A stretch of DNA of 64,000 nucleotides from an uncultured Dehalococcoidales bacterium. Its GTDB lineage: Bacteria; Chloroflexota; Dehalococcoidia; GIF9; UBA5629. Below are positions 28,891 through 38,194 of the stretch, in pieces (within the stretch, counting starts at the first letter, position 1; each line of letters starts with the position of its first letter). Below the pieces are notes generated by a model. It was not told the origin of the DNA. It was given only the letters and a program-made list of their open reading frames with translations, and ran no database searches. The stretch spans positions 41,612-105,611 of the forward strand of contig CAZJVJ010000003.1 in NCBI GenBank assembly GCA_964549635.1, read 5' to 3'. Both the position numbers and the translations under genes were made by a program.

Positions 28891-29451
28891 ATGAATAAGC
28901 TAAACATAAAATCACCACTAGATGAAACAACGGTCGAGAAGTTAAGAGCTGGTGATCAGGTATTCATTACGGGGGTTATTTATGCTGCTCGTGATGCTGC
29001 CCACAAACGGCTTGTTGAAACCTTGGACAAAGGGGAGAAGCTACCTTTTGACCTCACAAATCAAACGATTTATTACATGGGGCCAACTCCAGCTAAGCCG
29101 GGACAAGTCATTGGTTCAGCTGGGCCAACGACCAGCGGGCGGATGGACACTTATACGCCTCGCCTTATAGCCGCAGGCCTTAGGGGTATGATTGGCAAGG
29201 GCAATCGTTCACAATCGGTAAAAGATGCCATAAAGAAGTACAAGGCAGTTTATTTTGCTGCCATAGGTGGTGCTGGGGCTTTGATTTCAAAGAGCATCAA
29301 GAAGGCAGAAGTAATAGCTTACGAGGACTTGGGCGCGGAAGCAATTCGACGTTTAGAGGTAGAAAACTTTCCTGCCACCGTTATTAACGACATTTATGGT
29401 GGCGACTTGTATGAGCAGGGCAAAGCCAAGTACGTGGTCAAGGATATGTGA
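28891..29451 (+). CDS. class I (Fe-S) fumarate hydratase, beta subunit
   Basis: 186 aa with the Fe-S hydro-lyase beta pattern (G.IYTARDAAHKR, GPTTS.RMD, GKG). Confidence 0.85.
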   Translation: MNKLNIKSPLDETTVEKLRAGDQVFITGVIYAARDAAHKRLVETLDKGEKLPFDLTNQTIYYMGPTPAKPGQVIGSAGPTTSGRMDTYTPRLIAAGLRGMIGKGNRSQSVKDAIKKYKAVYFAAIGGAGALISKSIKKAEVIAYEDLGAEAIRRLEVENFPATVINDIYGGDLYEQGKAKYVVKDM

Positions 29452-29455
29452 TTCT

Positions 29456-29989
29456 TTAACTACCCTTTAGTCCCAAGGAGAGAACCCTTAACAAACCAGC
29501 AATACTTTTAGCATCGCAAATTTCACCTGAATCGATCAATTCCGGTATACGGGACAAAGGCACTCGAACAACCTCGATCTCCTCTGTATCTTCAGCAACA
29601 CGGCGACTGGGTATAAGATGCGTGGCTAAATACAAATGTAGATATTCAGTGCAATAGCCTGGAGCTGAATAAAAACCACCAAGTCGGTCTATCTTATTTG
29701 GTAGGTAGCCTATTTCTTCCTGAAGCTCACGACGAACGCAATTAATCGGTTGTTCGCCGGGGTCAATGCTACCTGCAGGAATCTCTAGCAGGGTCTTACC
29801 TACAGCTTTCCGATATTGACGGACCAAAATGACTCTATCCTTAGAATCCAATACCACCACCGCCACACAATCACTATGCTCAACGATTTCTCTAGTGGTT
29901 GTCTTACCGTTTGGTTTTTGTACTGTGTCAACGCGCAATCTTACTGCTCTGCCCTCGTAAACTTTTTGGCTGGACAAAGTCTTTTCCAT
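29456..29989 (-). CDS. Nudix hydrolase (ADP-ribose pyrophosphatase-like)
   Basis: Nudix box GSIDPGEQPINCVRRELQEEIGY. Confidence 0.8.
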   Translation of the reverse strand: MEKTLSSQKVYEGRAVRLRVDTVQKPNGKTTTREIVEHSDCVAVVVLDSKDRVILVRQYRKAVGKTLLEIPAGSIDPGEQPINCVRRELQEEIGYLPNKIDRLGGFYSAPGYCTEYLHLYLATHLIPSRRVAEDTEEIEVVRVPLSRIPELIDSGEICDAKSIAGLLRVLSLGLKGS

Positions 29990-30033
29990 ATCGGCTCACC
30001 TCTTTATAAATAGCGTCAAAATTAAACATCAGA

Positions 30034-30486
30034 CTAAAATCGGTAAATAAGAGCCACTTCATCACAGTCCGGGAATTTGGGACAACGGTAGCACTCTGAC
30101 CATACCTTGCGCGGAAGTTCCATCTTGTCTACTTGGCGAAACCCGTGCTTTTCAAAGAATGATGGCTTGTACGTAAGGCAATAGACCGTAGATATACCCA
30201 GATTTTTAGCTTCATTGAGACAAGCTTCTATTAGGAGCGAACCTAGCCCCTGAGCTTGCCTATCACCACTCACTGCTAATGACTTAATCTCGGCCAAATC
30301 TGCCCAATCGATATGGAGGGCCACACAACCGATAACCTGCTGATTGTCCCTGATAACAAAGAAATCGCGCAGGTTCTCATATATCTCGCTCAGTGCTCTC
30401 GGTAGCATCTGTCCCTTGTCGGCAAAACTATTGACCAACTCGTGAATTTGCGGAACATCGCTTATCTTGGCCTTTTCTACCTTCAT
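30034..30486 (-). CDS. GNAT-family N-acetyltransferase
   Basis: Acetyl-CoA motif RQAQGLGSLL; 150 aa. Its start overlaps the nadK stop by 4 nt. Confidence 0.8.
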   Translation of the reverse strand: MKVEKAKISDVPQIHELVNSFADKGQMLPRALSEIYENLRDFFVIRDNQQVIGCVALHIDWADLAEIKSLAVSGDRQAQGLGSLLIEACLNEAKNLGISTVYCLTYKPSFFEKHGFRQVDKMELPRKVWSECYRCPKFPDCDEVALIYRF

Positions 30487-31313
30487 TTTTGTCTTACTTT
30501 GTTTTTAAGTCTCGCTTCTAGAGAATTATAGAAGTAACCTTTAGGTTGAATTCGCAAAAATCGGGCTACGTAAGGGCTTATTTGGGCTGTAATCTCATCC
30601 CCATTGCTAATTGCTAATTCTACTTGCCCGTCTATGCTAACCATAGACTCATGACTGGTGGTCACTTTTAGTTGAACTGTGATTTCTGGCGGCAGAACCA
30701 GCGCCTTATCTAACGTAAGATGTGAACATACCGGTTTAAGCAGGATTTCCTTTGCCTGTGGGTAGAGAATTGGGCCTCCAGCAGCCAAGGAGTAGCCAGT
30801 GCTACCGGTAGCTGTAGCTACTATAACACCATCTGCTCGATAGGTGCACAGAGTTTCACCATCAATCTTAACTTCTACTTCAACCAATCGAACTGATGCC
30901 CTTCGCCCCACAAAGATGTCATTCAGTGCATGAAAAACCGTGCCATAAGGCAACAGTTTAGCTTTAAGCATGGCTCTTTCCTCAATCCAACCATCACCGT
31001 TTAAAAGCCGAGGCAGTTTATCAAGGGCCTCATCAGCTTTAAGTTCTGTCATAAATCCCAAACTGCCGAAGTTTATGCCCACAATAGCTACTGCGTGAGG
31101 GACTATAGCTCGGGCTGCCCTCAGAATGGTGCCATCGCCACCAATGCTCAGAATCAAATCTGAACCGTCTATTTGTGGTTTCGCCTCAGCCTCCTCCCAC
31201 GCAGAACATGTCCAAAATGCAACACCTAAATGGCCGAGAAATCTTTCCAATTCCTGACTAAAAGCCTTGGCTTTTTCAATTTTGGGATGATATAAAATTC
31301 CAACCCGTTTCAC
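30483..31313 (-). CDS. nadK: NAD+ kinase
   Basis: GGDGTILRAAR motif, NDIF and TGSTGYSLAAGGPI. Confidence 0.9.
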   Translation of the reverse strand: MKRVGILYHPKIEKAKAFSQELERFLGHLGVAFWTCSAWEEAEAKPQIDGSDLILSIGGDGTILRAARAIVPHAVAIVGINFGSLGFMTELKADEALDKLPRLLNGDGWIEERAMLKAKLLPYGTVFHALNDIFVGRRASVRLVEVEVKIDGETLCTYRADGVIVATATGSTGYSLAAGGPILYPQAKEILLKPVCSHLTLDKALVLPPEITVQLKVTTSHESMVSIDGQVELAISNGDEITAQISPYVARFLRIQPKGYFYNSLEARLKNKVRQK

Positions 31314-31689
31314 TACAATTGGAGTCTATCATCAGCGTTCAGAAAGTGTCAAATCCTTAAACCGTAAAGCAATTACCATTTAACTAGAAATTTTCGCTCT
31401 TTGGACGTGACAGTGGAGGGCAGTGGTTTTTGAGGCAGCGTAGAAATTAGCGCTTGTTCTCAATTCGTGACCGTCTTAGCCCATTACAAATTCAGAATCT
31501 AAAGAGTTTAAACCCTACTTAGCAATGCTTGTCCCAAACTTAAATCAGTGAGATGTCTTTTGCCAAAAATACGAATGGTAATCAAACTGTTTTTAAACAG
31601 ATTAGAAGTCCCCTAATTTAGCTTTGATGAATCATTGAATAATTTCCGTGGAGTCAAAGAGTTTAATCATGTTAAGCTAATTTAATCTA

Positions 31690-32060
31690 TCTCTTCGAGC
31701 ACTACCTAATAGTAAGGCCCCCCGCCGAATCATTAGTGCTCTGCTAGTCACCTTGATCTTAGGATTTATTATCTTTGTTGCCTTCTCTTCAAAGCTACTT
31801 TCAGCCTCGCAGAAACTTGCCGGAATATCCAAATGGGGAAACCATATACATGGAGAGTATAACCTGTATATAACTTTTTAAAATTCTTCTTGAATCAATT
31901 CGGCCTTATATCCCATTATGTGGCCAGTCGCTATTTTGAAATAACTGGCTAATGACCATGCATCATTGCCTTTAACACCGAACATTTCCATGCTTGACTT
32001 GACGTATTTCCTGGCATTCTCCGCCATAAACTTTCTTAAAAGCTCGCAGGTCTTATGCAC
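31690..32060 (-). pseudogene. possible decayed gene remnant (60-aa GTG-started ORF plus an out-of-frame continuation)
   Basis: The ORF at 31878-32060 ends at a TAA. A -1 shifted frame continues for about 58 codons (CIWFPHLDIPASFCEAE...NPKIKVTSRALMIRRGA). No RBS or Met is present. Confidence 0.25.
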
Positions 32061-32323
32061 CTAGCTCTTTGTAAAGTAGCTTAACTGTGTTTCTCTAGTA
32101 AGACCAAGCTGTACTAGCATGACGATTTAGCTTTCCTCAATTCAGACCAGCCTTCTGGTAGTTCTGGTTGCTTCCGCAAGTTATGATTTAGTAGAATACC
32201 CTCCCTCTATGCATTACGTACGAGTTGTTCTCAAAACCAATGTTAATTTTGTGGGACAAACGTAAATGCCACATCTTACATATTAAATCGGCCAGCCGTA
32301 TTTGAAGTTTGAAAAAGTCTATT

Positions 32324-33793
32324 CTACGAGCCAAACATTTTAGTAGCAGATTCAGCTATGCTGATAAAGCCCCCCGGGACAATACCGAGAAGCAAGACGA
32401 AAAGGCAACAAAGCAATAATGCTGCGCGCAGTGCCCATGATGACGGCAGCTTATCCTCTGTAGCTGGAACTCCTAACCACATCAATTTCACTACCCTCAA
32501 GTAGTAATAGGCCGAGATGCAACTGTTTATCACGGCTATAATGACCAGCCATAGCAAGCCATGTTGCACCGCTCCACTAAAAATGTAAATCTTAGCAATG
32601 AGCCCGGCTGTAGGTGGCAAACCAATCAGAGAAAGCAAACAGAAAGTCAAGGCTAAAGCTAATAGTGGTGTCCGTTTACTCATGCCAGCATAATCATTAA
32701 TCTCGTCACTATCAGTTTTGTTAGAGATGGCTATTACAGCAATAAATGCCCCCAGATTGGTAACGGAATAGCTCATAAGGAAGAAAATTAGGCCACTTTG
32801 CCCCAAGGTGTCGCCCCCCGATGCCATTCCCACCGTTGCCAATCCAACCATAAGGTAACCAGCCTGAGCTATGCTGGAATAACCGAGCATACGCTTTATG
32901 TTGCTTTGCACTAGAGCAACCACATTTCCCACTGTCATGGTTATGGCGCTCAAAACGGCGAACAACATTCCCCAGTTAATGCTAAGCCACTCAGGTGAGC
33001 CCAGGGCAATTGAGAAGACACGGAGAAGAACAGCAAAGCCAGCTGCCTTGCTGGCTACAGAGAGATAGGCGGTGACCGGCGTTGGCGCTCCCTCATAGAC
33101 GTCTGGCACCCACATCTGGAAGGGAAAACAAGCAATCTTGAAACCGAAGCCGGATGTCAGAAGTACTATACACATTAGCAAAGCTGGGTTATCCAAAAGG
33201 CCGCTGGCTGGCGTCTCACGGATGTAGTTCGAAATATACACCAGATTGGTCTTTCCAGTGAAACCAAAAATTAAAGCCATACCGTAGAGGAGCACTGCTG
33301 AAGCGAGGGCACCCAGAAGCAAGTACTTTAGTCCAGCCTCACTCGATTTGGGGTCTTTTAAAAATCCTGTCAGAACATACAGTGAAATAGCGCTAAGCTC
33401 CAGAGCTACGTAGATTGCAATCAGGTCTGTAGATGCTGTCAGAAGCATCAAACCTACGGCTGAAATGAGCACTAGCGCGTAATATTCCCCCTGGAATCTT
33501 TGGAATTTGCTTACGTAGTCCTGAGAAACTAATATCACCAGCCCAGCTGCCACCAAGAGTAGAAACTTGAAGAAAAGCGTAAAGGCATCAACTGCCAGCA
33601 TATTGTGAAAGATAACAATTGGAGGTGTCCCCCAAATCGCCAGTGTACAGCCAATAGAAATTATTACACCAGCAATGCTGACGTAAATCAGCCCCCTTTT
33701 CTGCTTGATAAATAAATCGAGCAGAATTACCAGCAAGGCAAAGCCTAGCAGGCTGATTTCAGGCGCTAGAAAACGAAGCTCATTGAGTACCAT
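32324..33793 (-). CDS. nuoN: NADH-quinone oxidoreductase subunit N
   Basis: 489-aa polytopic antiporter-like subunit. It is the last gene of the nuo string. Confidence 0.85.
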   Translation of the reverse strand: MVLNELRFLAPEISLLGFALLVILLDLFIKQKRGLIYVSIAGVIISIGCTLAIWGTPPIVIFHNMLAVDAFTLFFKFLLLVAAGLVILVSQDYVSKFQRFQGEYYALVLISAVGLMLLTASTDLIAIYVALELSAISLYVLTGFLKDPKSSEAGLKYLLLGALASAVLLYGMALIFGFTGKTNLVYISNYIRETPASGLLDNPALLMCIVLLTSGFGFKIACFPFQMWVPDVYEGAPTPVTAYLSVASKAAGFAVLLRVFSIALGSPEWLSINWGMLFAVLSAITMTVGNVVALVQSNIKRMLGYSSIAQAGYLMVGLATVGMASGGDTLGQSGLIFFLMSYSVTNLGAFIAVIAISNKTDSDEINDYAGMSKRTPLLALALTFCLLSLIGLPPTAGLIAKIYIFSGAVQHGLLWLVIIAVINSCISAYYYLRVVKLMWLGVPATEDKLPSSWALRAALLLCCLFVLLLGIVPGGFISIAESATKMFGS

Positions 33794-34238
33794 CAGTGTG
33801 AACCATCCCAGCTAATTTGAGCAACTTCTTTGTATCCTCATGTACCTCCCCAAAAATCCGTCTAAGTTCTTCTTGCTTTACCCACAAAGCTTCACCAATG
33901 TCGCTACCCACCTTCAATTCACCACCGAGTAGCCTAGCTATGTAGTCGATATAAACAACGTGCAGGCTAATGGCACTGGCTGACTTAATGATCCGTTCGA
34001 AGGCTGGCAAAGGCGTCACTAATTCTATTTCCAACCCTGTCTCCTCTTTGACTTCACGCTTGATTCCGTCGCCTATAGTCTCTCCGACCTCTAGCTCGCC
34101 ACCAGGACAAATCCACTTTCCCTGCCAAAAACCACCCCTTTCTGGCTTGTGTTTTACCAGCAATATTCTATTTCTTTCATCTGTGATAATCGCTCCTACT
34201 GCTACAATTATGTGAGGATAGTCAATTGTTCTTTTCAT
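33780..34238 (-). CDS. Nudix hydrolase embedded between nuoM and nuoN
   Basis: Nudix box GGELEVGETIGDGIKREVKEETG. Its ATG overlaps the nuoM stop (ATGA), and its 3' end overlaps the nuoN start by 14 nt. Confidence 0.8.
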   Translation of the reverse strand: MKRTIDYPHIIVAVGAIITDERNRILLVKHKPERGGFWQGKWICPGGELEVGETIGDGIKREVKEETGLEIELVTPLPAFERIIKSASAISLHVVYIDYIARLLGGELKVGSDIGEALWVKQEELRRIFGEVHEDTKKLLKLAGMVHTDGTQ

Positions 34239-35725
34239 TGACCTAATAACCTTATTATCGGCTCTATGCCTGTTCCGATAATGTCGGTAAGAATAGCAGG
34301 ATAGATACCAACGAGCATAATTGCAAAAACGAATGAAAAAATGGAAACTTTATCGATGTTGTTGGCGTCGGGAATGCCATTGAATTTTTTTTGCGGTGGG
34401 CCATAGAAGACGCGTTGCAGCATCCACAAGATGTAGCCGGCTGTAAGCACTATCCCAAATACACTTAGTATGGTGCACAAACGGATACCTGGAACAACTG
34501 TGCTGGAGAAACTACCTACAAAGGTGATAAACTCGGCGGCAAAGCCGCTTGTGCCTGGCAGACCTAACGATGCTAGCCCAGCAATGCTGAAGACGACAGC
34601 GATAACTGGCATCTGCCGTGCCAGACCACCTAGATTGTCCAGGTTACGCTCGTGGGACTTGTCATAAACAAGACCTACCATGGTAAAAAGAAGTCCGGTG
34701 ATAACGCCGTGACTGAACATTTGCAGTGTGGCTCCTGTCAAGCTCACGTGAGTCAACGCGAAAATACCTAAGAGCACGTACCCCATGTGGCTGACGCTAC
34801 TGTAAGCAATCAGTCGCTTCAAATCCTTTTGGCGCAAGGTTACAGCTGCTCCGTATATCACGCTGACAGTAGCTAGAGCTACCAGTAGCGGAGCGTAATG
34901 CAAGGCAATTTGAGGAAAGATAGTGACACAAAGGCGAATCATTCCGTAGCCACCCATTTTTAGCAAGGCGCCGGCTAGAATCACACTGGCTGCTGTGGGG
35001 GCGTCAGTGTGAGCATCTGGCAACCACGTATGGAGAGGAACCATTGGTAACTTAATTGCAAAGCCGATAAGTAGGAGAAAGAACATGGCAGCCAGCGGAA
35101 TGACAGGTTTTACCAGAGATAAACCTGACAGCTCCACCATATTCAGGCTACCGGTAGTAAAGTAAATGCTCAAAATGCCAGCCAGCATAAAGGCGCTGCC
35201 GACAAGGGTATATACCACATACTTAATAGCCGAATATTCCTTTCGCCCACTACCCCAGATAGAGATAAGAAAATACATCGGCACGAGCTCCAATTCCCAG
35301 AAAAGGAAGAACAGGACAAGATCCAGGGAACAGAAAACTCCAAGTATGCTAGTTTCCAAAAGCAGCAGCCAGATGAAGTATTCTCGAGGTCTCAACTGAA
35401 TATTCCAAGAAACCAGCACTGCCAGAAAGCCTAGGAATGTCGTTAGTACCACAAGAGGCAGACTAAGGCCGTCTATACCAAGATGATAGAAGGCATTTAT
35501 CGCTGGTATCCAGGATATTTTTTCTTCAAACTGTATTCGACCAATACCCGCAGCGGAACGGTCAAAAAGACAGAAAACAACAATAGACAGCGCAAACGAG
35601 GCCAGGGTAAATGTCAGGGATATGAGTTTTATTGTCTTCGGCCTTGGGTTGGGCAACAATGCAATAGTGATTAGCCCTAGGATTGGGAGGAAAATTATGG
35701 TTGTTAAGTAATGATCAAACCCCAA
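34235..35725 (-). CDS. nuoM: NADH-quinone oxidoreductase subunit M
   Basis: 496-aa antiporter-like subunit with the WLPDAH motif. Confidence 0.9.
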   Translation of the reverse strand: MGFDHYLTTIIFLPILGLITIALLPNPRPKTIKLISLTFTLASFALSIVVFCLFDRSAAGIGRIQFEEKISWIPAINAFYHLGIDGLSLPLVVLTTFLGFLAVLVSWNIQLRPREYFIWLLLLETSILGVFCSLDLVLFFLFWELELVPMYFLISIWGSGRKEYSAIKYVVYTLVGSAFMLAGILSIYFTTGSLNMVELSGLSLVKPVIPLAAMFFLLLIGFAIKLPMVPLHTWLPDAHTDAPTAASVILAGALLKMGGYGMIRLCVTIFPQIALHYAPLLVALATVSVIYGAAVTLRQKDLKRLIAYSSVSHMGYVLLGIFALTHVSLTGATLQMFSHGVITGLLFTMVGLVYDKSHERNLDNLGGLARQMPVIAVVFSIAGLASLGLPGTSGFAAEFITFVGSFSSTVVPGIRLCTILSVFGIVLTAGYILWMLQRVFYGPPQKKFNGIPDANNIDKVSIFSFVFAIMLVGIYPAILTDIIGTGIEPIIRLLGQ

Positions 35726-35737
35726 AGTTAATGTACC

Positions 35738-37657
35738 TCATGCAAACAAATAGAAGCAGATTGCAATGGCTACCACGCCTATGGTGATGGCTATACCATA
35801 GGCCTGTAATTGTCCTGTCTGGGCGCGGCGTATAGCCCCGCCTGTATTCACTGTGCCACTCGCTAAACTATTAACCGCTCCATCAACGACTCGGGAATCA
35901 AAAATGCCGAGCGCCATAAAGATGCCATCAACCAAAAATCTGACCACAATCGCTCGCTCGTAAAGTTCATCTACCCAGTATTTACGCGAAAGAAGGATAT
36001 AGAACGGCCTGAAAATTCTGCCAACTACTTCGGCTGATAGCCACCTAGCACTGTACATTGCGTACGCCAGAAAAATACCTAAGCCCGAAAGTAGTAGTGA
36101 TATCAAAGGTAGTGGATGAGTAAGTATCCCTAGAAATCCATCGATGAAGGCGGTTGTTTCACTATGGCTGCCATTACCCAAAAAGTGGCCGAACGAACCG
36201 GTGACATTGAGCCACCCGGAAACAACTGACAAAACAGCTAAAGCAACCATAGGGACAATCATCACTGTCGGTGATTCGTGAAGCTTCCTGTGCCCTTTCT
36301 CCCTGTGGTTTGGTATTGTCCCACCACGGTACTCGCCACTGAAAGTAAGAAATACAGCTCGGAACATGTAAAAAGCTGTCATGAAAACAGTAATCATAGC
36401 TAGGTAGAACAATATTCGATTGTGGGTAAGTGAGTAAACCAGTATTTCATCTTTACTCCAGAAGCCAGCGAGTGGCCAGATACCAGCAATACTTAGTGAG
36501 GCGATGAGGAAAGTAGCGTAAGTCCATGGCATTGCCTTACGTAACCCACCCATCTCTCGCATGTCAAAAGTCCCTGTGCTATGGTTCACACTGCCAGCAC
36601 CTAAAAACAGGAGCGCTTTAAAGAAGGCATGATTAAATAAGTGGAAGATACCCACGGCAACGCCACCGACACCCAGCCCCAGCATCATATAGCCTAGCTG
36701 GCTAATAGTTGAATAAGCCAGTACGCGCTTGATGTCGTTCATTACTAATCCCATGCTTGCTGCAAAAATAGCTGTAAATCCACCAATCGCTGCTACTGTA
36801 GTTAGTGCTATCTGGCAATGTTCAAACAATGGGAACAGGCGAGCTACTAAGAACACTCCTGCAGCAACCATCGTTGCCGCATGTATTAAGGCACTAACTG
36901 GTGTAGGGCCTTCCATAGCATCCGGTAACCAGACATGCAGAGGGAACTGTGCTGATTTGCCTACAGCACCGGCAAAAATGCCAAGTGTAGCCCACATTAA
37001 AACCGTACCAGCTAGAGTTCCGGCTACAGCCAGGCCGTGCAACCTCTCAATATCGAACGTACCTGTATGGTAGAAAAGCAAAAGAATAGCTGCCAGAAAA
37101 CCGAAGTCTCCAAAGCGGGTCACTATAAAGGCTTTTTTAGCGGCGTTGGCAGCAGGAGGCCGATGAAACCAAAAACCGATAAGTAGATAGGAGCCTAAGC
37201 CGACACCCTCCCAGAACAGGAACAGGAAGACAAGGTTATCAGCCATCACCAGCCCTAACATGCATGCAGTGAATAAAGACATAAAGGCGTAGTAGCGATG
37301 GTATCCTGGGTCCCCGCGCATGTACCCTTGGGAGTAAATTTGAATCATTAGGCTGATAAAACTAACTAGCACTACCATTATTGCTGTCAGGGCGTCAACT
37401 ATAAGCCCAATGTGGATACTCAGGCCATTAACCACAACCCACGAGATATCAGGAATTTCTATTTTATGCCCTGGTGTGGCAAACACCTGTACTAATACCC
37501 AAAAAGAAAGAGCGCAGGAAATTGTAATACTACCAATCGTCACATAACCACTAAGTTTGGGGCGGCTATTAAAGAAGGGCCTTAGAATAATAGATATGAT
37601 CACAAAGGAGGAAAAGGGTAGCAAAAATATTAGCCATGGAACCTGATGAGGCATCAA
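35738..37657 (-). CDS. nuoL: NADH-quinone oxidoreductase subunit L
   Basis: 639 aa with the WLPDAMEGPTPVSALIHAATMV motif and a long C-terminal extension. Confidence 0.9.
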   Translation of the reverse strand: MMPHQVPWLIFLLPFSSFVIISIILRPFFNSRPKLSGYVTIGSITISCALSFWVLVQVFATPGHKIEIPDISWVVVNGLSIHIGLIVDALTAIMVVLVSFISLMIQIYSQGYMRGDPGYHRYYAFMSLFTACMLGLVMADNLVFLFLFWEGVGLGSYLLIGFWFHRPPAANAAKKAFIVTRFGDFGFLAAILLLFYHTGTFDIERLHGLAVAGTLAGTVLMWATLGIFAGAVGKSAQFPLHVWLPDAMEGPTPVSALIHAATMVAAGVFLVARLFPLFEHCQIALTTVAAIGGFTAIFAASMGLVMNDIKRVLAYSTISQLGYMMLGLGVGGVAVGIFHLFNHAFFKALLFLGAGSVNHSTGTFDMREMGGLRKAMPWTYATFLIASLSIAGIWPLAGFWSKDEILVYSLTHNRILFYLAMITVFMTAFYMFRAVFLTFSGEYRGGTIPNHREKGHRKLHESPTVMIVPMVALAVLSVVSGWLNVTGSFGHFLGNGSHSETTAFIDGFLGILTHPLPLISLLLSGLGIFLAYAMYSARWLSAEVVGRIFRPFYILLSRKYWVDELYERAIVVRFLVDGIFMALGIFDSRVVDGAVNSLASGTVNTGGAIRRAQTGQLQAYGIAITIGVVAIAICFYLFA

Positions 37658-37845
37658 AGTTTCCGCAAAACCTCCTCGATAACATGTACTTTTTCCTGGG
37701 ATACGAGAATACGGTAGCTAGCCAGTTCACCCGGGAGTCTACCTGGCTCAGGTAAAATTCTTGTTGGAATCCCCTCGCCTTCGAAGAATTCTTTCCACAT
37801 CTCAGCTATTATCAGATTGGGTGCACTTTTTACTTGAACCCACAT
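37654..37845 (-). CDS. small DUF2007-like (putative signal-transducing) protein embedded between nuoK and nuoL
   Basis: 63 aa from the ATG at 37845 (the tracked ORF starts at a TTG, 37866). Its stop overlaps the nuoL start by 4 nt. The pattern (A..L...L...GI......) recalls DUF2007; this is from memory only. Confidence 0.5.
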   Translation of the reverse strand: MWVQVKSAPNLIIAEMWKEFFEGEGIPTRILPEPGRLPGELASYRILVSQEKVHVIEEVLRKL

Positions 37846-37881
37846 ATTTTCTCTCGCTTTCTGCAAGGCCTATCACATGGT

Positions 37882-38193
37882 CTACCATTTCATCAGGTCA
37901 AATTTATTGATATCAACAGACTGACGACTGCGATAGATAGCAATGATTATAGCTATACCAACAGCGGCCTCAGCTGCAGCTACAACTATGACGAATATGG
38001 CAAATATCTGCCCGGTAAGAAGGGAGGGGACAACGTAACGAGAGAAGCCAACCAGGGCAATATTCACGGCATTAAGCATGATCTCAATACACATTAAGAC
38101 GACTACAGCATTCCTCTTGGCTAGAACACCGTACAATCCTATCGAAAAAAGAACTGCGGACAAAACAAGATAATGTTCTAGACCGACCCCCAT
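37882..38193 (-). CDS. nuoK: NADH-quinone oxidoreductase subunit K
   Basis: 103 aa with three TM helices and a conserved mid-membrane Glu (AAAEAAVG). Confidence 0.9.
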   Translation of the reverse strand: MGVGLEHYLVLSAVLFSIGLYGVLAKRNAVVVLMCIEIMLNAVNIALVGFSRYVVPSLLTGQIFAIFVIVVAAAEAAVGIAIIIAIYRSRQSVDINKFDLMKW

Positions 38194-38194
38194 T

